Shown here in pieces: positions 23,572-34,200 of a stretch of 40,838 bases of DNA (the first letter of the stretch is position 1; each line of letters opens with the position of its first letter). The notes beneath the pieces were generated by a model that saw only the letters and a program-made list of their open reading frames with translations, had not been told where the DNA came from and did not search any database. Both the position numbers and the translations under genes were made by a program. Source of the DNA: Macrostomum lignano (lineage: Eukaryota). The stretch covers positions 1-40,838 of the forward strand of contig NIVC01002105.1 in NCBI GenBank assembly GCA_002269645.1. Direction: 5' to 3'.

Positions 23572-26500
23572 CTGCCAGAGTAAAACGTTGCTGTGACATC
23601 ATACTATTTACACAATATGCTACTTACAAAGTAGCATGGGTAGTGACATAACAATAATTGATTACACCTGCACCAATCAGCAGATGTGCAACCGATAGCT
23701 CAGCCGCAGCTATTGCGCGGCGCATCTGAAGGCTGCGTACGGCTGTTCAGTACAAGGACTGGGGTGTCGCCACACACCCTCAGTTACCCTAGCTAATGCT
23801 GGCACCCATTTTACAGCTGGGTGAACTGAAGCAATGAAGAGTTAAAGTCTTGCTCAAGGACACAAATTATTCCAAGTGGGATCGAGAATCGAACCCCAGA
23901 CCTTTCAGTCGCGAGTCCGACGCTCTAACCACTAGGCTACAGCCCCTGGGTAGTGTGGGTAGTAAGACTATCCGAGGGAAGCAATCAGAAATGTAATTGC
24001 CATGAAGCAATAAAAAAGCATTCAGTAATGGCAGCTTACAGTTCGCTGAACCTGAAGCCCGATTATGTAGCCAATGTACTCCATTGCTACTACGAGGAAT
24101 GACAGGACAAAAGCGCCCGCAAGCACCATGAAGATGCCCGCAACTTGGTCGATTGTCACCTCTGTTAGCTCGGAATAGGTGATCAGGTTCTCACTAGCTG
24201 AGCAGAGCAGCACGGACCAGTAACTGAAAAGGAGCGATTGAATTCGTGTCGGTTCGAAAGCTTCTCCATTTATCAACATCAATGGGTTCAAAATTTTGTA
24301 GCTCAGGTCACAAAAGTGCCGGTAGGCCGGTAGTAACTTAGCACAATTACGAAGGTCGGGAGCGACACGCTATCAGCTTTGATTGTAACTATCCATCAAT
24401 TTACTTACTTATTTTTTATCTGCTCTAGCTCGCCTCGGTCGCTGAGCTCCTGGATGCGGTTATTGATGTTACTAATGAGATTCTTGTCCAAAGAGCTGCT
24501 GAGCACGATGTGCATACTCCGGGAGAGCTCCCCCTTGCCGGCGGATTTTAATTCGCAGACGCCAGCCGCGTAATAATTCACCGAGAGCTCATCGCCGATG
24601 TAGATCGGCTTCTTCCGACCTGGCAGGGTCGAGTTCTTTACTATGTTGGCAGCCGCTTCGATGCTGGGGACGAAAGTTGGCGGGGACGCGGCCAATTTCC
24701 AGTACACAGAGCTGGAGTTCTGCGCTCGCATCAAAGCGTACTCCGTGCTGTTCTGAACCATCAGCAGTTCGTAGTTGTCTCTCTCATCGTACAGGCCTTG
24801 CATGTTCGTGAACGGTAGGTTCGGGTTGGTGCGAATCAGAAGGAAAAAGTAATTAGTGCCGTACGTTGTGCAGTACATCAGGGAGGCGAACCACAGAATT
24901 AGAATGAAAATCCGAGAGCTTGGCTTCACTGCCGAGGACTTCAGCTTCGACATTACGAATGAGGAATAAACAAAAAAGGCCGCCTTGGCAACGCTGAATT
25001 TCGGTCGCTTGTAGTCGTTCGGGCTGATCTTGTCCGTCAGGTATAGCGTGGCCGACAAGATAATGAAGGCTGCGATAATGGCGAACCAAACGTTCCATGT
25101 GAGCGGGTACAAGGGGCTGAGGAAGTCCACTTCTTTAATGGCCGATCTTCCCATGGCGGCGACACCGCTGCTCATCAATGGGACCTCACTAAATGAGACG
25201 CGCGTGTCGTTGATATGGGCTATTGTCAGCTCCACCAGGTTAACTGTCATGTCTGCTTCCTAAGGTTTACGGAGCGAATGAGCTGAGTGTTGTGCTTATG
25301 GAAACCACAGATACTAGAATAACTGGGTATGTCACTCCCGAAAAATGCGTTCATCTGATACTCGGCAACATTGAAAACCGCCACTTCTGCCAATTCTCTA
25401 GGGTGGCTTTTTCAATGCCGATTATGTTTTTCAGTCTAAAAAAGATGTAGTCGCTTTTTTAACCATAAAAGGGAAATAAATGGTTTTAATTTTGGAATAT
25501 TCAAAGCTTTTGAAGCTCCCACAACCCCCAGTAGGGGGGTACTGCCGAAACGCATTTCGCCGAAAAGGTCAATAGTTTCTAACCACGAGCGTATCAGACC
25601 GATACTGTAGATAGATGGAAGATATACACTCAGCTCGTATAATAGCTGCTTGAGCCATGGTGCTCTCAGTGTTATTACGAGTTTATCTTCTACTCTAAAA
25701 GCGAGCACAGCAGGATTTTCTGCTCTTATGTGCGAATTCGCTTTTAGATCATAGACATCTCTCGACTGTCTTAGCTGCGTCCCACCCATAGAGCAATAAT
25801 TTTCCGTCGCGGGTTGTGAAATGACCTTTCCGGCAAAACGCGTTTCGGCGGAATGAGAGGTAACCCCCAGTAGGGCGGGGCTGACGATATGTTTCTCAAA
25901 AACTTCCAGTCACTCGTCGCCCAATTGAAGGATAGAGTAGGAGGCTCATGATGATGGGCACCCAGTTTTTTTACACTACATTTATTGCGAATGACATATC
26001 TAGTTATTCTATTGGCTCTGACAAAATATTAAAGAAATGAATGCGAAAAACTTTGCTGCAGCATCTCACCCCTTTCTGGACCAACTCAAAGTAGTTGGGT
26101 CCAAGCTTCAAGCTGGTTAGGTCGTAAGTGAACAAGTCTTTACTGATCTTCTCCAGCACACTAATGCTGTAGCCAGAATATCCACCAGACACTCCCATCA
26201 GGTAAGGCTTTACCTAACGGGGAGGAACAAGTTGCATCACTTGATTAGAATTTACGGCACACGATGTCGAAGTCGCATATTAGCTAATGTGCTCATAGCA
26301 TACTAAAAGATGAAAGTGCCCTGAGAAAAAAAGGCTGACGTTACGGCATTGAGTGTACCTGAGCAAATAACCAATAAATCAGCTGATTTAAACTCAATTG
26401 TTGCAGCAATGCGAAATTCACTTACCAAATCTCCGGCGAGGCGCAGCACCGGCAACTTCAGAGTTTCCTTCGTTCTCGAGGACTGGAGGCTGTTTGACAC

Positions 26501-29500
26501 CGACTCGTTCCACGTGGCGTACTGCAGAGCAGAACAAGTTGATTCAGTTTCAGCTCAAATATAGAACAGAAGTAATCGGTAAAGGGAATGTTAACTCTGG
26601 CAACTAAAGACTACCGGTAGAAACAACGAGACACCCCATTCAAATTGCTTCCTTTGGATTTCAGTCGAACTTCAGGCTCTAGAATGCAGTACAAAGTAAA
26701 GCTCGAGACCAAACCGACTGCAATCAATAACTCAATTCCCAGCGAGCCTGTGCACTGGTCGGGCACGTTAGGTCCGGTCATTGCAGTCGGTTTGGTCCAG
26801 AGCTAAACTTCTGGCTCCATTCCAACTGCAGTTGACATCCCACTTTCCAGTGCTTGGCCGAATCAGACACTCACATATGCATAGCATTATTGTGATTTAA
26901 AGTTTGAAAATGCAGCCGGCAAATTAAGTGTCCGAATTACCAGCGTCAGATTTGTCGCCGAGCCAGAATCCACGCTCATCAGATCAGCAGCGAACATGTC
27001 CAGACGTCTGTCCACCGAGTTAAAGTGCATTATCGACACTGATCCGACGGTGGTTGTCTGCGGAGCAACAAGCGAAACGGTGAGTATATTTTGACATCTG
27101 AGGCCTGCAGGACTTTCATTTATGGCTAGATGGGTAGAAGTGTCTTAGAAGCAGCTGGCAACCAACAGGAAGACAAAGTCACTGCGATTTCAGTCTCCCA
27201 GATTCTCCCTCAGAGTGATGGGATGCTTCAATAGTCTGAATCGTGGTACTGACAGGGACTAGTCAAGTAGAAGGACAGGAAACTACGGTCCTTGGAAACT
27301 TTTAGGAGGCCGGTTTTACTGAAAAATACAGTACGGAGAATGGAAGTTCTCATTTTGTAAGCAAAATTTTGTAATTGCTTTTAGTCGAAGGCAGACCCAA
27401 TTTTAAACTTTTGATATACCTTAATTTATTTCCATTTAATTTTATGGTAGGACATAAACATCAAATTAACATAGAATTCAAATTTTTCAAACAAAAAGCT
27501 CTACAAATGTCAATTGAGTTATTAGAAAGTTAAGTCGTATCAAAATATGAAAATTTTGTCTGCTATCAAAAGAAATTTACATTTTTTGCTTACAAAAAAA
27601 GAAGCTCCATTCTCCGTAATGTATTTTTTTCGGTAAACCTGCCTCCTAAAAATTTCCAAAGACCGTAGCTTCGTGTTTTTCTAATTGATTGGTCCTTGGG
27701 TACTAACTCGTTATCAAAATAGATCACAAGAGATTCTGGGTTTTCTTTGCATCGCGCATTTAAAAAAATGATGAGCGTACCATGAAAATTTTTTCCATAA
27801 TAGTGGCGTTAGTGACATTCTTCTCATAGCTGGCGATGAAGTGAGAGATGACGTCACTAGCCAGGGACATGTTGAGCTGGGCATCATTAGTGATTGCAGG
27901 GTTCGGCAGCCGGAAGGTGATGATGCTCGCTCCCGTGGCATAGAAGGGGAGAATCTCGCTTTGATCAAGAAACTGTAGCATAGAGGCAGTGGAGCACATT
28001 AAAAAGTATATATACACGAAACATGTCTGAGTAAAAATTAATACAATTGAGCAGTTTTACCAGTTCCGGAACGATCCAGATGGCAGAGCTCTTCAACATG
28101 CTGAGGTATACAGCCTGCATGAAGATGCAAAGGTTGTTTTTCAATAAAACTTTGATTCCATCGAAACACATTCGTTTCGTCACACAGGATTCCTATGCAA
28201 ATAGCTCGTATACAAGTTAAAACGAGTTTTGGACCTTATTTTGACGCAACCAAAGTTTTTTAATGACTCGAGGATATAAAAATAGGTGCGTTTTTAGAAG
28301 CCATTATTCATGCAGCAGAACACCGATGCAAAAGTCTCAACATTATGTCCCCCCAAAAGCAGACAAAACAGACCTTTATTGGCTAATATCCGCCAATAAC
28401 TCCCAAAAAGGATAGGGAAAAACTCGCGATTTTAGCTTGTATTCACATTTGATCCTAACTTTTTGGCCAAAAACAAAAACATTTTATTGCTTTATGGCTA
28501 AAGATGTTTATTTTAATACCCCTTTCTATGAGAGAAAAGGATGTCTGTGAAAAAGTGGTTCTGTGTTTTATGCACATTTAAATTGCCTATTTTCTAACTT
28601 AGATTATATCATACTTCTTTTAGGATGCTCGACGCGAACCCGGGCTGCTTTGAGACAATCATGTAGACAGTGGAATCTACAGGTGAATACAGAGTTGTTT
28701 CATACAGCTGCTGTCGAATCTCCGGGCTATTGCTGGAGTTCACCACAGATATGCGAAACTCCAGCGTGATGTTCCTCTCAAACAGGATGTTGAGCCCTGC
28801 GGGTAAGATTGAGAGCAGTGAAGCAAATGGTACTTAGCTTGAGGTACAATGCTTTGATTTTTAGTTGTGAGTAGAAAAGATCCTGCACTTAGCTTGAAGT
28901 ACAATGCTTTGATTTTTAGTTGTGAGTAGAAAAGGCCCTGTACTTAGCTTGAGGTACAATGATTTGATTTTTAGTTGTGAGTAGAAAAGACCCTGCACTT
29001 AGCTTGAGGTACAATGCTTTGATTTTTAGTTGTGAGTAGAAAAGACCCTGCACTTAGCTTGAGGTACAATGATTTGATTTTTAGTTGTGAGTAGAAAAGA
29101 CCCTGCACTTAGCTTGAGGTACAATGCTTTGATTTTTAGTTGTGAGTAGAAAAGACCCTGCACTTAGCTTGAGGTACAATGCTTTGGTTCTTAGTTGTCG
29201 CGGAAGCTCAACATAGCTACGAGTATTTGTTCGGACCCGGGAAACTCACTTGCTCCAACATCGTCAACGAGCATGACGATGGTTTCTCGCTTTCCGACTT
29301 GAGTCGTGAGGTTAACAGAAGCTAGCATCAGCTCATCCAGCAGAGCATTTGCCAGCAGAGTCGTGCTGTCGCTCAGGTAGCTAGAAGAAGTTAGCGCCGG
29401 GTCCAGCGTCTTCTCGCTCAGCGAATAGAATGGGATTGTCAGAAAAGAGCAGGCAGACGCGAGCAACTCGTTGAAGGTGCCGATTACTAGGCTGAATGAC

Positions 29501-30084
29501 TCGCTTCGGATGGAGTTTACAACTGAAAGAGGGTCGGTTTTGTCAGTACTGCACCACAAAGACCAGCTACGGCCACTGTGGCTATGGCTACTGATTTATA
29601 TTTTTATCAAAGAAGAGGAATGTGCGACCTTTATTGAAGTAAGCAAAGTCTTTAGCTCGTACTTTCACTTGTGTCACGAATGCACGAACTACCCCAAAAC
29701 AACAAAGGTAAATTGCGAGGGAAGATGACGAGTAAAATGAGCAACCTTAATTATTTTTGGTTAGAGCTCTCACAAGTGGTAATATCTGCGCTAGTCCTTC
29801 CCGAAGGCACGTTGATTGGGTTAAAGGTCACGGTATTGTTTCCAAATAGGCTGCTCAACTGACTGCTGTTCATAGCCGCAAATTCGTCTAGCACGCTCTG
29901 CTGATCGCTAACACCTGAAGTTGGAGTCACTAGTTCCAGTGAATTCCATTGAATTTAGTGTGAAAATGAATCCCTGTGAAAGCTTGTGAAGAAGAGGAAG
30001 CTTACCAACGTGAATCGAAGCCGCAGAGCAGGCCCCCCACAAGGAGGCCACGATGAGGAAAAGCGCGCTGGCGCGGCCTGGCAT
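23236..30084 (-). CDS. Divergent ionotropic glutamate receptor-family subunit with C-terminal S1 (OB-fold) domain; 13 exons, ~852 aa
   Basis: Exons on minus: 30006-30084 (signal peptide MPGRASALFLIVASLWGACSA), 29774-29914, 29250-29522, 28615-28796, 28061-28114, 27781-27972, 26941-27057, 26426-26521, 26070-26213, 24409-25259, 24040-24223, 23434-23571, 23236-23343. All GT-AG, phases chain without a stop, total 2559 nt. iGluR landmarks: ADMTVNLVELTI..VSFSEVPLM, FLSPLYPLTWNVW (pre-M1/M1), SSRIFILILW (M3), CELK, GELEQIKNNYW..C, and IDQVAGIFMVLAG (M4). The ATD exons are less certain than the LBD/TM exons. Confidence 0.82.
23646..23946 (-). mobile_element. tRNA-derived CORE-like SINE, copy 2, with 9-bp TSD, in the intron between the M4 exon and the S1 exons
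   Basis: Head GGGGCTGTAGCCTAGTGGTTAGAGCG...GGTTCGATTCTC. Central GTGTCCTTGAGCAAGACTTTAAC...CAGTTCACCCAGCTGTAAAATGGG. TSD TGGGTAGTG at 23637-23645 and 23947-23955. Confidence 0.9.
25544..25849. mobile_element. MITE-like element with ~28-bp inverted repeats
   Basis: GCCGAAACGCATTTCGCCGAAAAGGTCA vs TGACCTTTCCGGCAAAACGCGTTTCGGC. Flanked further out by a 14-bp direct repeat AACCCCCAGTAGGG (25523-25536 and 25862-25875). Confidence 0.55.
26694..26810. repeat. Short inverted repeat/hairpin element in an iGluR intron
   Basis: Perfect 18-bp IR GACCAAACCGACTGCAAT (26707-26724) / ATTGCAGTCGGTTTGGTC (26780-26797), extendable imperfectly to ~31 bp. Confidence 0.75.
27256..27695. mobile_element. Fold-back MITE with ~160-bp imperfect inverted arms in an iGluR intron
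   Basis: 27256-27416 is the imperfect reverse complement of 27538-27695 (e.g. CTACGGTCCTTGGAAACTTTTAGGAGGC vs GCCTCCTAAAAATTTCCAAAGACCGTAG). Confidence 0.8.
28831..29186. repeat. 55-bp tandem repeat, ~6.5 copies, in iGluR intron 3
   Basis: Unit CACTTAGCTTGAGGTACAATGCTTTGATTTTTAGTTGTGAGTAGAAAAGACCCTG at 28831, 28886, 28941, 28996, 29051, 29106 and 29161. Confidence 0.96.
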
Positions 30085-31239
30085 CGAACTCGGTTTCTTC
30101 TGAGCGCTGCTATGCGCTAACGAAAGAGTGAAAGAAGCGCAGTGAGACTTGCACAAACCGAAAGAAGTGTTGCCTCTGTCTTTTTGCCTTGCCCTCGTGT
30201 CACGCGCTTTTCTGCTCGGCTCTGACAAGCCTCCACCCCTCATGTTGACGCCCCCTTCTCTGTGTCCCTCTGCACCCTCTGTACACACAAGACTTCGCAT
30301 TTTTACATCGTTTTTTGTCCGAAGCACAAACTCAGCCGCACAACCAGGGAGTATTAATAGAGTGAATCTGGAGCTTCATCATTCTTTCTATTACTCTCGG
30401 CACCGGAATTTCGCCCATTTGTATTGCAAGAAATTCACTAAAATATAATAGTGAGCACCTTACTAAGTTCTGCATTGACTTGGCAGCTCTGCATCTGATA
30501 TTTAGAATTTCTGACTCATTTAAATGCTCAATAAACTGCTCGCAATCAGTGATAATATGAATCTGGATGCTCTGTAAATGTAATTATTAATTCCTATAGT
30601 TGTACTACAATGACCAAATCGCAGATTCGCCGCCTATCCAGATGTCTAACTTAAAACGTCCCTGGTCCAAGCATACGCTGGACTGCCTTGGCACACAGTG
30701 CACTCTGAGAAAACTCTGTGCTGCAGCCCGGTGCAAACAGCTACAGTAAGTGAATTATACTGCAGTAAGGCAGACTCAGACCAACCAACGCAAGCCTGAG
30801 TTCTCAACAACTCACTCACGATTTGGGGCGAGGAACGGGCTAATAATTCATCCTTGTGTAGCACATGCATGACTCAGTTTCGATCGTTTCACAGGAGTTT
30901 GATGACGACCTACATGATATCAACTAGTTTCAAAATATTGAATTTTTATAGCAAAATCAAAATATTTCCAGTATGAAACGGGTTTAGAGCCAGCTAATTT
31001 TACTGGCGTTGTAATGCCCGACTGCGAGCTATCAGGCTCCGAGGGGTTTCAAATTGCGGCCGCACTGTTAAGTCAAAAAATCTTTTTGCGTTCAAACAAT
31101 TCGAAGCAATAACCGGAACCAGTAATGTAATAGACGGTTGTATTGTATTTAATGTATTTATCTCTAGTGATTTTAGTTGCTCAAGTCTTTTGTACCATCA
31201 CCTAAACGTTTGAGTTGACAAGTCTAAATTGAATCTTAA

Positions 31240-34200
31240 TTAGTCAACCTTGTAGACGCTATTGGTCGCGGTGCCGCCGCATTTGTCTTTGGAATTTCCA
31301 GAGCAGCGTTTGTTGCACTTGGACTCTTTTGCACCGCCACTGTTTCCGTAGTTGTCACCGCAGCTGCACTTCGAGCCGTTCTTTAGACCGAAATACGAGA
31401 ACTTCTTAGCTTTGCACAGGTTGTTGCACTTCCACACTGTCATCTTGCCCCGGCCAGCAACAACCGAGAAGTCTGGGTACTTGGGATCGTCCAGGAAGCA
31501 CCCAAGCGAAGCTAAAAATGAACAAAAATCATACTGTTAAAGTAAAAGGAAAGTAATCTAATTACCACTGACGCTAAAGCCGCAAAATAAATTAACCCGT
31601 GAGCATAGAATCTCAACATGCACAACCCGAATAAAGACTATTACAGACTCTCACCTGAATGTGGCATCGCGCAGATATGACGCGTCACAGTTCGGCACGG
31701 GCATTCTGAAAATAATTTTGGAAACATTAAGCAGCGTCAGCCGCAACAAAATATAAGAAATAGCTCGTAGAAGCAATAAACCCGGATTAAAAACTTACTT
31801 CCTCTCAGAGCATTAGCAAGATCGCGAGTATTCTTCGGGAAAGCACTGAAGCTCATTTTCCCTTTAGCTGCTAGTTCAATTAGTTTCATCACCTAAAAAT
31901 TAAAAAATCCGAATACGTTATAATGTAAAATGAAAGGAAAAGTACAGTCACAGAGATACCATTTCAACTGTCACCTTATCGGAAACTCGACGGTTCAACT
32001 TGGCTACCAGTCCACCAGTATTTTTCGCGAGAACATCATACTCAGCACCGCGGCCACAAAGACGACCGCTGCCGATTGCGATGAAACGAATTCGTTTCGA
32101 CTTCAACAACTTTGCTGCACTAGACGTCAAACTGCGGTCCTTAGCCGATGCATCAGTAAACAGAAGCAAAACAGAATCTTTATCAGCCAATTTCGCCGCG
32201 TCAATCACGGCAGACATTGAATACTCAGGACAATCGCCACCACCTCTAATTTTAAGCCCGTTGAGAAATCGCTGAACCCTCGAAATGGATTTTGTTCGAA
32301 TGACGTGCCGCTTATAAGGATCCCCGTAGCTTGAAACAACAAAATTCTGGAACCGCCTGTTTGACGACAAAATCCTTGAAATGCTACGGCGGACAGATTT
32401 ATAAACACTGCTCATGCTGCCCGTTGTGTCGACAACAATCACCAAAGAACCAAGCCTCTGAGATCCCGAAGCGGGGGCACAGCCACATACAAGGCGCTTC
32501 ACAGTCGTTGCCTTCGATCCCGATGGGCAGGTTTTCACTGAAATATAAGCAATATTCGCACATTTGAAACTACTTTATATTCCTGAATAATTCTGTACAA
32601 CCGACCCACCTGAGGCTTTCGGATTATATCCAGTTGTAAACACGTTGTTTCTCCATGCGCCTCCGCAGTAGGTCGACTTGTCTCCTCTGCACTGTACTCT
32701 GCACTCCAAGTTTGATCGGATTCTGTACCTGCCATAGTGGTTGCCGCACCAGCACTGGTAGCCATTTTGCACACCGAAGAAGCGATATTTCCTGGCTTTG
32801 CACGCCTTGTAGCACTTTGGCACAGTAACTGATCCGGAGAGAACCAGCTTTCTAAGATCTCTGGAGCTCTTGTCCAGATAGCAGCCGAGATGCTTCAATC
32901 CGGGCACTGAAAGCGGTAGCGACAGACTACTACTGTACACATTATTTGCTGTCGTTTATGTAAACAACTTATGAGAAAGGCTCAACTCTTGGACGCCCAC
33001 GCTTTCGCTGATGATATTTAATGCATTTAAAGTTTCAAGATGTCAGACTAATTTGCGCACAATTTCAAATAGCCACCTTATATTGCTTGAAACTACTCGT
33101 ATTTATGGAAGGAAGAGAAACGGCGCGCGCAATTAGTGAGGCATCGCATAGTTCTCAACTGAGAGCTGCAAACTAATATAAACACGAGCTAGGTGGACAA
33201 AAAAGCAATCAATTGCGAATCTGTACTGTTGTACTCACGACGAACAGGCTTGCTGCCGATTCCAGTCGAGTAGACAGAGTTTCTCCAAGAGCCGCCGCAG
33301 GTTCGTCTTTTGTCGCCTCTACAGCGCGTTCTGCACTGCTTTGCATTGACTCGGCCAAAGCTGCCATATTTGTTGCCGCAGGTGCACGCAGATCCAGCCT
33401 GGAGGCCAAAGTACCTGTAGCCGCGAGACTTGCAGTACTTCAGACAGTACGCCTTTGTGGTCCGGTGACCGGCGCCGTGTACAAGGGGCAAGTCGCGCTT
33501 CGAATTGTCGCGGAAGCAGCCAAGTAGGGTAACTCCGGAGGCGTGCTCTTCGAGTCCGGTAGCGTACACGTCGTTTCTCCAGGAGCCGCCACAGTAGGTC
33601 GTCTTGTCTCCTCTGCACTGGTAGCGGCACTCGCGTTTGTCGCGTCGGCCGTAGCGACCGTAGTGGTTGCCGCACCAGCACTGTTTTCCTATCTGAACGC
33701 CAAAGAATCGGAATCCCTTTTTCTTGCATAGTCCGTAGCACCTTCCAACAGTCATGCTGCCTTTTCCTCCCAGAGTTGGAAGATCGCGTCTCCGGCCGTC
33801 AACAAAGCAGCCAATGTGAGACATTCCAGGTGCTTAAAAGAGAAATAGTGGGCACATGCAGGTCAGCAAAACCCCATCCAAACCGTACAGAGCAATCTCG
33901 TTTTACATTCAAAAATATCTAATATACCGTACGAGCCTACGAGCGAGCGTGGAAAGCGAATTTTCTGCTTGACTGCACACTTACTCTTGAAGCTCTTGGG
34001 CTTCAGTCCGGTTGTGAAGACGCTGTTCCTCCATGGTCCACCACATTTGGACCTCTTGTCGCCCTTACAGGTGGACCTGGCGCAATCCTTGCTCTTCGCT
34101 TTTCCATACCGACCGACGGTGTTTCCGCAGGTGCACGCATTGCCGTTTTGCAGACCAAAGTACCTGTAGCCCTTGGCTCGACAATAGCGGAAGCAGTAAG

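Noticed and set aside
23875-23946. Apparent tRNA gene (also 14925-14985 and 7650-7714)
   Set aside because: The anticodon and acceptor stems do not pair properly, and each is the head of a SINE with body and tail (two of the three also have TSDs).
25436-25789. 117-aa minus-strand ORF in an iGluR intron
   Set aside because: It crosses a MITE-like inverted-repeat boundary, has no iGluR similarity, and the exon chain is complete without it.
33209-33731. Repeated short antisense and alternate-frame ORFs in the WSC array
   Set aside because: Shadows of the WSC exons; they recur only because the DNA is duplicated.
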